From Gaiellales bacterium (GTDB taxonomy: Bacteria > Actinomycetota > Thermoleophilia > Gaiellales > JAICJC01): a stretch of 56,778 nt of DNA. The stretch covers positions 1 through 56,778 of the forward strand of contig DATNEO010000019.1 of NCBI GenBank assembly GCA_035553035.1. Reading direction: 5' to 3'. Both the position numbers and the translations under genes were made by a program. Below, piece after piece: positions 42,412 through 51,717 of the stretch; the first letter of the stretch is position 1; each line of letters opens with the position of its first letter. The notes beneath the pieces were generated by a model. It did not search any database and had not been told where the DNA came from. It saw nothing but the letters and a program-made list of their open reading frames with translations.

Positions 42412-43493
42412 ATAAGTGATTCCACGAGTTCGAGGCCCTCGAACCGTGCCAGCGCAGCCGCGTCCTCGAGCAGCAGCCGGGCGTCGTCCGGCGACGGCTG
42501 CTCCCACAGCTGCTGATCGACGACAAGGCGCCGCCCGCTGGCGCGCGACGACCACACGCCGATCGCGATGCCGGACACGGTCACGACGGACTTGATCCAT
42601 CCGTCGCGCCGCACCTCGCGGGCGTGGACGCCGGGCACGGCGAACTCGCGATCCTTCCAGCCCAGCGTGTAGGCGTCGAACGCGCCCAGCAGCCGCGGGG
42701 GCGGCTCCGCCGTGCGCCGGGCGCCGCGGATCAGCATCGCCATCGACCCGATCTCGCGCAGCTCATCGCCGATAGCTGCAAACCCGGCGCGCGCGTCGCG
42801 CAGCGGCACCCCCGCCCACAACGCCAGGTCGGCCGGAGTGGCGGGCCCATGGCCGCGCAGGTAGCGGCGAGCCAGCTCAGCCAACGCCCGGTCCCGGTCG
42901 GCTCCGCGCAGCTCTCCGGCCGGGCTGTTGCCCAGCCAGTCACGGGTGAGCACGAACGTCTGGCGGCCGCGCACCACCGGGCCGCGCACCGTCGCCCCCG
43001 CCAGGCCTGACTGGAACAGCAGATGCACGAGCGCCTGGCCGCGTGGATCGAGGTCGCGGCCGGCCAGCATCTCGCCGATCGCGCCACGCTCCATCGGGCC
43101 GTCGGCGAGCGCGCGCTCGATCAGGCGCACCGCCCGCCCCGCGCGGCCGGGCGGAAACCCCTCCTGCAGCAGCCGCCGCGCGTTCGCCTGACGCTGTGGC
43201 GGGCCGGTCAATCCCAGCAGCCAGGGGTAGTCCTCCGGCTCGACCATGTGCAGCGTGCCGCGGCAGAGCCAGCCGATCACGACCTCGCGCCGGTCGAGGG
43301 CGTCGTTCACGCCGGCTGCCGTGATGCCGGCGCTGCGAGCACGCACGGCCAGCCGCACGGCGCGCAGATCCTGCGCCTGCAGGGCCAGCAGCTGGCGCGG
43401 CACCGCGGCCACGCGGCGCGCGGGAGGGCCGGCCAGGAGCTGCGCCGTCGTCCGCACGCGCCGGATCCGCGCGGTGTCGGTGGCGGCGGGCAT
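42408..43493 (-). CDS. Winged-helix DNA-binding protein, YcaQ/DUF1006-like
   Basis: LLALQAQD, WLCRGTLHMV, and ELARRYLRGHGPAT...DLALWAG are typical of the YcaQ family. Confidence 0.7.
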   Translation of the reverse strand: MPAATDTARIRRVRTTAQLLAGPPARRVAAVPRQLLALQAQDLRAVRLAVRARSAGITAAGVNDALDRREVVIGWLCRGTLHMVEPEDYPWLLGLTGPPQRQANARRLLQEGFPPGRAGRAVRLIERALADGPMERGAIGEMLAGRDLDPRGQALVHLLFQSGLAGATVRGPVVRGRQTFVLTRDWLGNSPAGELRGADRDRALAELARRYLRGHGPATPADLALWAGVPLRDARAGFAAIGDELREIGSMAMLIRGARRTAEPPPRLLGAFDAYTLGWKDREFAVPGVHAREVRRDGWIKSVVTVSGIAIGVWSSRASGRRLVVDQQLWEQPSPDDARLLLEDAAALARFEGLELVESLI

Positions 43494-43500
43494 GTGCGCG

Positions 43501-43506
43501 ACGATA
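43501..43506 (-). promoter_or_regulatory. -10 like hexamer TATCGT (minus strand), 7 nt upstream of ATG 43493 (leaderless)
   Basis: TAnnnT pattern, 7-nt spacer, no SD. Confidence 0.4.
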
Positions 43507-43562
43507 TCCGGACGAAGGCTCGAGCTGACTACCCTGGAGTCACCACCGACCAGGAGGCAGCC

Positions 43563-43931
43563 ATGCCCATCACCGTCGAGCGGGTCGACTTCGTGCCCGT
43601 CGCAAGCCGCGACCGCGAGCGTTCGAAGCGCTTCTACACCGAAACGCTGGGGCTGCCGCTGGAGCGCGACACGCCGACCAGCTTCGAGGTGAGGGCCGGC
43701 CAGGTCACGCTCGGCGTGTGGGAGCCCGAGCGGATGGGGCTGCCGTTCGAGCCGAACCACAACGGCATCTCGCTGCGCGTTCCGGACGTGGCCGAGGCGC
43801 GAGCCACGCTCGAGCAAGACGGCGTCGAGTTCACCGGCGAGACGATCGACACCAGCGTCTGCCACATGGCCTTCCTGCATGACCCGGACGGCAACACGAT
43901 CATGCTGCACCGCCGCTACGCGCCGGCCTGA
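43563..43931 (+). CDS. VOC/glyoxalase family protein
   Basis: FYTETLGL...FLHDPDGNTIML pattern. SD AGGAGG upstream. Confidence 0.85.
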   Translation: MPITVERVDFVPVASRDRERSKRFYTETLGLPLERDTPTSFEVRAGQVTLGVWEPERMGLPFEPNHNGISLRVPDVAEARATLEQDGVEFTGETIDTSVCHMAFLHDPDGNTIMLHRRYAPA

Positions 43932-43953
43932 GAGTCATCGGGCACGCGATGGA

Positions 43954-44799
43954 CTAGCCGCTCTGGGGTCGAGCTGGCTGCCGCAGCCGCGGGCCCAGCT
44001 CCGCGGCCGCAAACACGGCGAAGAAGATGGCGGTCGTCGTCAGCACGACGGCGCCGCCGGATGCCACGTTCCACCAGAACGAGATGTACAGGCCGATGAC
44101 CCCGGCGGCCACGCCCAGCGCCGCGGACAGCAGCTGCATGGTGGCCAACCGCTGGGTGAGCAGCCGGGCGGTGGCCGCGGGCGTGACCAGCATCGCCAGC
44201 ACCAGGATGTTGCCGATCGCCTGCAGCGAGACCACGATCGCAAGCGTGATCAGCCCCAGCAGCACCAGGTCGAGCAGGAACACCGGATAGCGCATGGCCA
44301 GCGCCATGTCGCGGTCGAAGCCGATCAGCGACAGCTCCTTGTTCAGCAGCACGGTGGTGACCACCGCGACGGCGGTCGTGCCCGCAGCCAGGTACAGGTC
44401 GCTCTGGGATACGGCCAGGATCTGACCGAACAGGAGGTCGGCCACGTCGCGCTGGTAGGCGGCCAGAGTCGAGACCAGCACCACGCCCAGCGCGAACATC
44501 GCGGCGAACAGGATGCCGATGGCCGTGTCCTCGCTGACCCGCCGGCCACGGCTGACGGTGGCGATGCCGAGCGCCGTGATCAGCCCCACCACCAGCGCCC
44601 CCAGCAGGATGCTGCGGCCAAGCGCCACCGCGACCACGATGCCCGGGAACACGGCATGCGTGAGTGCGTCGCCGATGAAGGCCAGCCCGCGCAGCACCAC
44701 GTAGCTGCCGAGCACGCCCGAGGCGATGCCGGTCAGCACGATCGCCATCAGCGCGCGGCGCATGAACTCGAACTGGAGCGGGTCGGTCAGGTAGTGCAT
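43954..44799 (-). CDS. znuB: Metal ABC transporter permease (ZnuB/MntB type)
   Basis: ABC-3 family permease pattern with about 8 TM helices. Confidence 0.85.
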   Translation of the reverse strand: MHYLTDPLQFEFMRRALMAIVLTGIASGVLGSYVVLRGLAFIGDALTHAVFPGIVVAVALGRSILLGALVVGLITALGIATVSRGRRVSEDTAIGILFAAMFALGVVLVSTLAAYQRDVADLLFGQILAVSQSDLYLAAGTTAVAVVTTVLLNKELSLIGFDRDMALAMRYPVFLLDLVLLGLITLAIVVSLQAIGNILVLAMLVTPAATARLLTQRLATMQLLSAALGVAAGVIGLYISFWWNVASGGAVVLTTTAIFFAVFAAAELGPRLRQPARPQSG

Positions 44800-44800
44800 G

Positions 44801-45568
44801 TCAGTGGCTGTGATGGCCCTCCGGCGCCAGGATGTGTACCCCTCCCACCACCAGCATGGCGCCACCGTAGGCCTCCGCCAGACGCTCGGCGCTGAGCGCC
44901 TGCGCCGGCGGACCGAACGAGATCACGCGGGTCGAGAGCAGGCACAGCAGGTCGCAGTGCGCGGCCGACCAGCCCAGGTCGTGGGTCGAGACCACGACCG
45001 TCCGGCCCTGCTCGCGCAGGCCCCGCAACGTCTCCAGGAACGCGGCCTCGGTGGCGGCATCCGCGCCCGACAGCGGCTCGTCCAGCAGCAGCAGCGACGC
45101 GTGCTGCATCAGCGTCCGGGCCAGCAGCACCCGCTGGCGCTGGCCTCCGGAGAGCTGGCCGATCTGACGGCCGGCCACGTGTGCCAGCCCGACCGCGCCC
45201 AGCGCGTCGCGTGCCGACCGCCGCTCCGCCGCGCCGGGGCGGCGCAGCCAGCCCGTCCGCCGGTAGCCGCCCTGCAGGGCGACGTCGAGCGCGGTCAGCG
45301 GAAAGTCCCAGGCGGCCGGGCCCAGCTGCGGCATGTAGCCGACCGGCACCGTCACGTCGATGCTGCCGCTGCGCGGCGACAGCATGCCCAGCAGCGTCCG
45401 CAGCAGCGTCGTCTTGCCGGCTCCGTTCGGCCCGATCAGCCCGACGATGCTGCCGCGCGGCAGCTCCAGCGAGACGTCGTCCAGGGCGACGTGCGGGCCG
45501 TAGGCGACGGTGACCCGGTCCAGCAGCGCGGCGGCTGTGGCCGGTGCTGCGCTAGGCGGACTGCTCAT
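44801..45568 (-). CDS. znuC: Metal ABC transporter ATP-binding protein
   Basis: GPNGAGKTTLL, LSGGQRQRV, LLLLDEP. Confidence 0.85.
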   Translation of the reverse strand: MSSPPSAAPATAAALLDRVTVAYGPHVALDDVSLELPRGSIVGLIGPNGAGKTTLLRTLLGMLSPRSGSIDVTVPVGYMPQLGPAAWDFPLTALDVALQGGYRRTGWLRRPGAAERRSARDALGAVGLAHVAGRQIGQLSGGQRQRVLLARTLMQHASLLLLDEPLSGADAATEAAFLETLRGLREQGRTVVVSTHDLGWSAAHCDLLCLLSTRVISFGPPAQALSAERLAEAYGGAMLVVGGVHILAPEGHHSH

Positions 45569-45998
45569 CGGCACCGGCACAGGCCTGGCACCGCGCCGGC
45601 AGCGACCCCAGCGCCGCATCGAGCAGGTCGAAGCCGGCGGTGCGGGCCGACTCCCGGGCCGGCTCCAGCGCGCAGCCCTCCAGCAGCGCGGTGGCGCCGC
45701 AGTCGACGCAGACGACGTGATGATGGTGCCCCTGCGCGGCGCACAGCACGTAGACGGCCTCGCCGCCGCGGGTGCCGGCTTCCTCGGCCCAGCCCTCCTC
45801 GCGCCAGCGCTCCATGGTGCGGTAGGCGGTCGTCAGCCCCAGCCTGGGGGCGGCGTCGCGGGCGGCGGTGTGCAGCTCCCGCACGCTGAAGGCGCGGTTC
45901 ATCGAACGGCCGGCCTCGAGCAGCGCCATACGGTTCTTGCGGTTGCGTCCCGGTTCCAACGCGGGAACTCTACTGGGAACGGTGACCGTTCGCAACAA
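45552..45998 (-). CDS. zur: Fur family regulator, Zur-like
   Basis: wHTH region, HHHH, and CVDC...CQAC zinc sites. The TTG start is uncertain (alternative ATG 45929). Confidence 0.7.
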   Translation of the reverse strand: MLRTVTVPSRVPALEPGRNRKNRMALLEAGRSMNRAFSVRELHTAARDAAPRLGLTTAYRTMERWREEGWAEEAGTRGGEAVYVLCAAQGHHHHVVCVDCGATALLEGCALEPARESARTAGFDLLDAALGSLPARCQACAGADEQSA

Positions 45999-46001
45999 AC
46001 G

Positions 46002-46024
46002 ATAGTGAAACCGGTTGTCATTAT
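46002..46024. promoter_or_regulatory. Zur-box-like imperfect palindrome ATAGTGAAACCGGTTGTCATTAT
   Basis: Arms match at 8 of 11 positions. The core TGAAAccggTTgTCA resembles the actinobacterial Zur box TGAAAATGATTTTCA. It overlaps a TATGCT -10 candidate (46022-46027) for znuA. Confidence 0.5.
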
Positions 46025-46041
46025 GCTAGGCTGACCGGCCC

Positions 46042-46968
46042 GTGCCCCGCATCCGCCTGCTCACGCTGCTCGCCCTCTGCCTGCTGCCCCTGGGCTGCAC
46101 CACCACCCACATCGCGAGCTCGACCCCGGGGCAGATCACCGTGGTCGCGACAACCACCCAGATGCAGGATTTGGTGCGGCATGTGAGCGGCCACAACGTG
46201 CACCTGGTGGGCATCCTCAAGCCGAACGTCGACCCGCACGACTTCGAGCCCAGCCCCAGCACCGCGATCGCCCTGACCGGCGCCAAGCTGGTTGTCGAAT
46301 CAGGCGTCGGGGTGGACAGCTGGATCGACGGGCTGGTGGCGAACGCCGTCCCTGGGACGCCGGTGTGGGTCGCGTCGCACGGGCTGCCGCTGCGGACAGG
46401 GGACTCGTCGGAGCCGGCCGGCGACCCCCACTGGTGGCACGCCCCCACGCTGTTCGAGCGGGCGGCGACCGCGCTGGGCGAGCGGCTGGCGTCGATCGAC
46501 CCGGCACACGCCGATGCCTATCGCGCCAACGCCAGCAGCTACGTGACCCGGATCCAGGCGATGGACGCCGCCAACACGCGCCTGATCGCGACCGTCCCGC
46601 GGGGCGAGCGGAAGCTGGTCACCAACCACGACGCCTTCGGCTACTTCGCCGCGCACTACGGGATCACGGTGGTGGGCTCGGTGCTGCCGTCGCTCTCGAC
46701 CGTGGCCCAGCCCAGCGCCAAGGACGTGGTCGACCTGATCGGCAAGATCCGGGCAGAGCACGTGCGCGCCATCTTCACCGAGTCGTCGCTGAACCCGGCG
46801 CTCGAGCAGCAGATCGCATCCGAGGCCGGGGTCAAGGTCTACGCGAACCTGTACGGCGACACGCTGGGACCTCCCGGGTCGCCCGGTGCCACCTACATCG
46901 GGATGGAGCGCTGGAACATGCGGGCGATGGTGGCCGGGTTCCTGGGCACTCCCCCGCCCCAGGCCTGA
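46042..46968 (+). CDS. znuA: Metal (Zn/Mn) ABC transporter substrate-binding lipoprotein
   Basis: Lipobox LLPLGC and the DPHWWH motif of the ZnuA/TroA family. Confidence 0.85.
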   Translation: MPRIRLLTLLALCLLPLGCTTTHIASSTPGQITVVATTTQMQDLVRHVSGHNVHLVGILKPNVDPHDFEPSPSTAIALTGAKLVVESGVGVDSWIDGLVANAVPGTPVWVASHGLPLRTGDSSEPAGDPHWWHAPTLFERAATALGERLASIDPAHADAYRANASSYVTRIQAMDAANTRLIATVPRGERKLVTNHDAFGYFAAHYGITVVGSVLPSLSTVAQPSAKDVVDLIGKIRAEHVRAIFTESSLNPALEQQIASEAGVKVYANLYGDTLGPPGSPGATYIGMERWNMRAMVAGFLGTPPPQA

Positions 46969-46974
46969 CTCGCT

Positions 46975-47331
46975 TTAGGTGGATGCCACCACGGTCGCGA
47001 GGTGCGTCGCGATCACGTCCGCGTCCGCCATGCTGACCAGCAGCCGCGCGTACTCCTCGCCGGCGACCTCCACGACCGCGCCCGGGCCGTGGCCGTGCAC
47101 CACGGCGAAGTCCTTGCCGAAGCCGCCCCGCCACGTGCCCACCGCCAGCGTGCCGGGGACGCCCGTGCCGGGCGCTCGCATGCCGCGCAACTCCTGCCAC
47201 ACGTCGTCGACGGAGCGGGCAGCCGTGACCGACGACAGCGACAGCCGCACGTCGCCGTGCAGCCCCTCCATCTTCTCGACCGAGGACAGGTGCAGCACCA
47301 GCTCGGAATCCTCGATCTGCAGCTCCGCCAT
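46975..47331 (-). CDS. Hypothetical protein
   Basis: 118 aa (MAELQIEDSELVLHLSSVEKMEG...). Coding-like codon bias. No domain assigned. Confidence 0.45.
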   Translation of the reverse strand: MAELQIEDSELVLHLSSVEKMEGLHGDVRLSLSSVTAARSVDDVWQELRGMRAPGTGVPGTLAVGTWRGGFGKDFAVVHGHGPGAVVEVAGEEYARLLVSMADADVIATHLATVVAST

Positions 47332-47376
47332 GCGCCGAGGGTAGCACCGGCCGCTGGCTATCCTGTCGCTCCCGCC

Positions 47377-48483
47377 GTGACCAGCCACCTCCAGACTCCC
47401 GCCGGAAAGCCGCGCGCCCGCTCGCTGGGCGTGCCCTTCACCGGCACTCCCGGTGAGTGGAACGCGATCACCGATGTGCCCGGGGTCGAGGTCGGCTACT
47501 GCACGCTGATCGAGGGCGAGAGCGTCCGCACCGGGGTCACCGCGATCCACCCGCGCGGGCGCGACCGCAGCGCCGATCCCTGCGCTGCCGGCGTGTTCTC
47601 GCTGAACGGCAACGGCGAGATGACCGGAGTGTCGTGGGTCGAGGAGTCCGGCACCGTCGCCTGGCCGATCACGATCACGAACACGCACGCGGTCGGGATC
47701 GCGCACGAGGCCACCATCCACTGGGCGGTGCGCCGGTTCACGGAGCTGGGGGAGCTGTGGCTGCTGCCGGTGGCGGCGGAGACGTACGACGGTTACCTGA
47801 ACGACATCAACGGCGGGCATGTCACCCGGCAGGTCGTGATCGATGCGATCGAGTCGGCGGCCTCAGGGCCGATCGAGGAAGGCTCGGTCGGCGGCGGCAC
47901 CGGCATGAACTGCTACGCCTTTAAGGGCGGGTCGGGCACCGCCTCCCGCGTTGTCGATCTTGGCGACGGTGGCTACACGGTGGGTGCGTTCCTGCAGTGC
48001 AACTTCGGAAAGCGGTCGGGGCTGACGATCGCCGGCCGGCCGCTGGGCGCCGAGCTGACCGACGACAACCCGATCGAGGAGACGTACCGGACACGGCCGG
48101 GCGCCGGGTCGGTGATCGCGGTGATCGCCACCGATGCTCCGCTGCTGCCCGGCCAGTGCCAGGCGCTGGCGCGGCGGGTGCCGCTGGGCCTGGCTCGCAC
48201 CGGCACCAGCGGATCGCACTTCTCGGGCGACCTGTTCCTGGCCTTTTCGACCGCAAACCCGGGCGCATTCGAGACCGGCTTCCCGGACGGCGATCCCGCC
48301 CCGTCGTCGCTGCGGTTCCTGCAGTGGAAGTGGATGGACGAGCTCAACCAGGCTGTCGTCGAGGCCGTCGAGGAGGCCACCGTAAACGCCCTGGTTGCCA
48401 ACGACGACATGGTGGGACGGGACGGGCACCGGTCACCGGCGCTGCCGCGCGGCCGGGTGGCAGCGGTGTTCGCCGACCGATAG
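47377..48483 (+). CDS. P1 (S58) family peptidase, DmpA/L-aminopeptidase-like
   Basis: TDVPGVEVG, NGNGEMTG, and GGGTGMNCYAFKGGSGTAS (self-processing region). Confidence 0.8.
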   Translation: MTSHLQTPAGKPRARSLGVPFTGTPGEWNAITDVPGVEVGYCTLIEGESVRTGVTAIHPRGRDRSADPCAAGVFSLNGNGEMTGVSWVEESGTVAWPITITNTHAVGIAHEATIHWAVRRFTELGELWLLPVAAETYDGYLNDINGGHVTRQVVIDAIESAASGPIEEGSVGGGTGMNCYAFKGGSGTASRVVDLGDGGYTVGAFLQCNFGKRSGLTIAGRPLGAELTDDNPIEETYRTRPGAGSVIAVIATDAPLLPGQCQALARRVPLGLARTGTSGSHFSGDLFLAFSTANPGAFETGFPDGDPAPSSLRFLQWKWMDELNQAVVEAVEEATVNALVANDDMVGRDGHRSPALPRGRVAAVFADR

Positions 48484-48519
48484 CCGCGAGCGGGGAGAGC
48501 GAAAGCGCCACCCGCGCCG

Positions 48520-48525
48520 TAAGAT
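48520..48525 (+). promoter_or_regulatory. -10 like hexamer TAAGAT, 7 nt upstream of GTG 48533 (leaderless)
   Basis: TAnnnT pattern, 7-nt spacer, no SD. Confidence 0.4.
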
Positions 48526-48532
48526 CCCTGCC

Positions 48533-48949
48533 GTGACCGAGGCCATCATCGAGGGGCTGCGCGCGGTGCCGATCTTCGCGACGCTTGACGACGACGCGAT
48601 CGCTCGCGCTGCCGCCATCGCCGGGATCGACGAGCACGCCAAGGGCTCGGTGCTGATCGAGCGCGGGCTGCCCGGCGCAGGACTGTTCGTGATCCTCGAC
48701 GGCACCGTGGCGGTCGAGCTTCAGCACCGCACCGTCGAGCTCGGTCCGGGCGAGTTCGTGGGAGAGCTGAGCCTGCTCAGCGAGCACACCACCCGCAGCG
48801 CCCGTGTCCGAGCCGCCACCGACGTGCGCGCCATCGCCATTGCCCGGCACGAGTTCGTGGGGCTGCTGAACGAGCACCCGCAGATCGCCGTGGCGATGCT
48901 GCCGTCGCTGGCGCAGCGGCTGCAGGACCTGATCGAGCATCCGGCCTGA
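48533..48949 (+). CDS. Stand-alone cyclic nucleotide-binding domain protein
   Basis: FVGELSLL....RSARVRA is a phosphate-binding-cassette-like motif. No output domain. Confidence 0.8.
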   Translation: MTEAIIEGLRAVPIFATLDDDAIARAAAIAGIDEHAKGSVLIERGLPGAGLFVILDGTVAVELQHRTVELGPGEFVGELSLLSEHTTRSARVRAATDVRAIAIARHEFVGLLNEHPQIAVAMLPSLAQRLQDLIEHPA

Positions 48950-49111
48950 ACGCCGGATGCGCGCCGGTGAGCGAGCAGCACCCACCATGCAGCGCCTGTC
49001 CCAGCTGGCTGAGATAGGGCGGGAGGGCGCGCGGGAGCACACCGGCCCGGGCTGAGCGCGGCCGAACAGCAGGCCTGCCGCCGGCAACCAGGGGACGTAC
49101 AGTCTCACTGA

Positions 49112-49480
49112 GTGAAGTCCGCCCAACCCGAGGAGGCAGCCGTCCGATTCATCCTCTTCACCTACCGCGACCCCGATGTCCAACTCAACCCCGAGCAGCG
49201 AGCGACGGTCCCCGCCGCAGTGGCCGCGTGGTGCGACGAGATGGACGCCCGCGGCGTGCGCGTGGCAGGCCACGTGCTCAGCCCGGTATCCGACGCGCGG
49301 ACGATTTGCGTTCGAGAGGGTGAGCTGAGCGTTGACGGCGGCCCCGCGAACGAGCAGACGCTGCATATCGCCGGCTTCAACATTCTCGAATGCGGCGACG
49401 TGGACGAGGCGGTTGAGGTTGCCTCGAAGAATCCCGGAGCCTCTTTCGGGATCCTGGAGCTGCGCCCGATCGTGGAATAA
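49112..49480 (+). CDS. YCII-related domain protein
   Basis: Pattern typical of the YciI/DGPF family (GGP...E.L.GF.I.E......A.E.A). TACAGT lies 8 nt upstream of the GTG. Confidence 0.65.
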   Translation: MKSAQPEEAAVRFILFTYRDPDVQLNPEQRATVPAAVAAWCDEMDARGVRVAGHVLSPVSDARTICVREGELSVDGGPANEQTLHIAGFNILECGDVDEAVEVASKNPGASFGILELRPIVE

Positions 49481-49506
49481 CCACGCTGCGGGCCGCGCGG
49501 GACCGC

Positions 49507-49533
49507 AGGTGCCTGACTCTGCCGGTATCACGA
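49507..49533. repeat. 27-nt repeat copy 1: AGGTGCCTGACTCTGCCGGTATCACGA, flanked on both sides by CGCGGGACCGC
   Basis: Identical to 50061-50087. The 11-nt flanks lie at 49496-49506 and 49534-49544. Confidence 0.8.
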
Positions 49534-49564
49534 CGCGGGACCGCATACCCAGAGGTTCGCCAGG

Positions 49565-49936
49565 TCAGTTCAGTGCCGCCCTCAGCCCTGCCAGGTCGGG
49601 TGCTCCGAAGACGATGCGGTTGCGGGTGGCGACGTAAACCAGGTCGAGGTCGATGCCGGCCCTGGCAACCCGGCGGGTGAGATCGGCGAGCACGCCTGGC
49701 TGGTCCTCGACCTCGACCACGACCACCTCGCGCTCGCGGCTCACGGCAAGGTTCGAGATCGCAAGCGCGTGCCTCGCCGCCTCGGCGTGGGGAACGAGGA
49801 TGTGGAGCTCGGCCCGATCGCCCGGTCCGATGCAGGTCGCGGCCGCGATGTTCACGCCGGCGTCGCTGATCGCCTTGGCGACCTCGGCCAGCGCGCCCGG
49901 CCGGTTTTCGATGTCGATAACGAGGTCGAATGGCAC
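49565..49936 (-). CDS. Tandem ACT domain protein
   Basis: Two ACT-like units (IENRPGALAEVAKAISDAGVNI; VEDQPGVLADLTRRVARAGIDL). GTG 49936 has AAGGAGA 7 nt upstream. Confidence 0.8.
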   Translation of the reverse strand: MPFDLVIDIENRPGALAEVAKAISDAGVNIAAATCIGPGDRAELHILVPHAEAARHALAISNLAVSREREVVVVEVEDQPGVLADLTRRVARAGIDLDLVYVATRNRIVFGAPDLAGLRAALN

Positions 49937-50060
49937 GTGACGATCTCCTTGAGCTAGGGGCGGCAGTGGGTGCGCCACATGCGCGTCGGAAGCGTTCGAT
50001 CGCAGCGATAGACTCGTCCGACCCACCGGTAGTTGATCCTACTGGCCGGCTCGGCAACGT

Positions 50061-50087
50061 AGGTGCCTGACTCTGCCGGTATCACGA
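50061..50087. repeat. 27-nt repeat copy 2: AGGTGCCTGACTCTGCCGGTATCACGA
   Basis: Perfect copy of 49507-49533, 554 bp away in the same orientation. Confidence 0.8.
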
Positions 50088-50284
50088 GGTGCTCATCTGC
50101 ACCACCCGTACACCCGCCCGAGAGCCGTGGTCGTTGCCGGAGTAATCCGATGCCGGTCGAACGAGAGATCGCGGTTGATCAGCGTCGTTCCACGGAGGGC
50201 GTGGCTCGCGCACGCTTCGCGGCAACTGGCGGGCTTGGGCGCCGGCGCCTCGCACATTAGAATCGACGCGTCATCCGTCGATCG

Positions 50285-50833
50285 ATGCGACCGGTTGCTG
50301 GACTTCGAATCGAGCGGGCTGTGTTTGGGCTACTCGATGCGTCGCCCCTGTGCGCCATTGCAACCGCCGCGCCCCGCACCACCGCGCACATTCACACCGC
50401 CTATTTCGTGTGGACCAGGGACTTCGAGATCTTCTGGCTGTCCGACCCCGCGGCGCAGCATTCGCGCAACATCCGCGCTCGGCCGAGCACGGCGATCACC
50501 GTCTTCGACTCCCATCAGGTCTGGGGCCAACATGACCGCGGCATTCAGCTCTTTGGATCGACGCGCCAACTCCCAGCAACCCAGATCGCACACGCCGAGT
50601 CCCTGTACGCCGCCCGTTTCCAGGGGTACGCGACGCCTGACCTCCAGGCCTACCGGTTCTACCGCTTCCGCACCGAACACCTGAAGGTGTTCGACGAAGC
50701 CGTGTTTGGAGCAGCGGTGTTCGTGACCGCGTCGATCCACAGCGGGCGGCGGCTGATCTGGGAACGAACGGACATCTCGGTCGGAGCCGAGGCAACCTGG
50801 GCTCGCCCAGCGAGGAGGCGATCGCCTTGCTAG
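50285..50833 (+). CDS. Pyridoxamine 5'-phosphate oxidase-like FMN-binding split-barrel protein
   Basis: LATAAP....H....YF......FWLS......H..NI pattern typical of the family. Confidence 0.7.
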   Translation: MRPVAGLRIERAVFGLLDASPLCAIATAAPRTTAHIHTAYFVWTRDFEIFWLSDPAAQHSRNIRARPSTAITVFDSHQVWGQHDRGIQLFGSTRQLPATQIAHAESLYAARFQGYATPDLQAYRFYRFRTEHLKVFDEAVFGAAVFVTASIHSGRRLIWERTDISVGAEATWARPARRRSPC

Positions 50834-51081
50834 GCTCGGTCCCGGCCATGCCAGGTCCGAACACTCCTCACCTTGAGCGGCAGGCGCACCATCGTCGCCG
50901 GCGGCACGCTGGCCACCGACTACGGCGTCTTCACCGCAGACGTCGTGCGCTCATCGCGCGGCCATCCCAGGGCCACCTCGTAGTCACCGTCCAGGAACGT
51001 CACGACCTGGTCGGCGATCGGGACGGCTGATCGGGGCGCTGGCCGCCATCGGACGGCGGATCGACTTGCTGGACTAACGGC

Positions 51082-51264
51082 TCACGCGGTGGCCTCGTTC
51101 GAGCGTGCGATCCGCAGCTCGAGCGGGGTCGACTGGCGCGTGCGACCGGCCTGCAGCGTACGCCGCTTCTCGACCATCCGCAGCAGCTCCTCGTGCTCGT
51201 GCGGGATGTACCTCCAATCGGTCGAGGGTGCAACCGTCACGCTGTTGACCTTCGCGTCCTTCAT
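51082..51264 (-). CDS. Small hypothetical protein (60 aa)
   Basis: ATG preceded by GGAGGA 5 nt upstream. Function unknown. See the finding on the in-frame continuation past the stop. Confidence 0.45.
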   Translation of the reverse strand: MKDAKVNSVTVAPSTDWRYIPHEHEELLRMVEKRRTLQAGRTRQSTPLELRIARSNEATA

Positions 51265-51717
51265 CCCAATCCTCCGTGCTTGTGGCTCGCGCCCGAAACA
51301 CTACCTAGTTGAGAAGACAAGTGTAAGGGCACATCTCGATTTCCAGGTCTTTTCCTGTCTGACACCCATTCGCCACCCCCGCTCGCGGGCTGCACGCCAT
51401 TCGCGCTGGAGCGAGGGTGATCTCGAGCTGGCTGACGTCGTCGATCTCTACGGGCGTGCCGGGTTCGACGTGCTGCATCACCGGCTGCGTCATGCGCGAC
51501 GGAGGGATGATCACGGCCGCCGTCCACGCCGAATACCTGCCGAGATCCGCCGGCAGGCGGAACGTGCGCGGCGAAGGCATGGTCTGCTGCTGCCGGTGGA
51601 CCCCGACGCGGACGCGGTGGTGGCGTACCTGCGTCGTAGGCGCCGGCCATGATCATGCGGCCGGCGTGGCTGCGTAGCTGCGCTGACCGCCCCGACCGCT
51701 TGCGGCCTGCCGCCATC

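Noticed and set aside
49131-49137. GAGGAGG inside the YCII-like ORF as an SD for a downstream start.
   Set aside because: No in-frame ATG, GTG or TTG follows within 5-12 nt. The sequence simply encodes Glu-Glu-Ala.
50008-50013. TAGACT hexamer on the plus strand inside the ACT-gene upstream region, considered as a promoter for an unannotated plus-strand gene.
   Set aside because: No start codon lies 6-12 nt downstream, and no coding-like ORF follows.
51305-51580. 91-aa ORF with a Cys-rich C-terminus, considered as a RiPP (lanthipeptide or thiopeptide-like) precursor.
   Set aside because: There is no SD and no adjacent modification, transport or immunity genes. The Cys-rich part coincides with a low-GC patch that may be non-coding. 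It cannot be supported as a feature.
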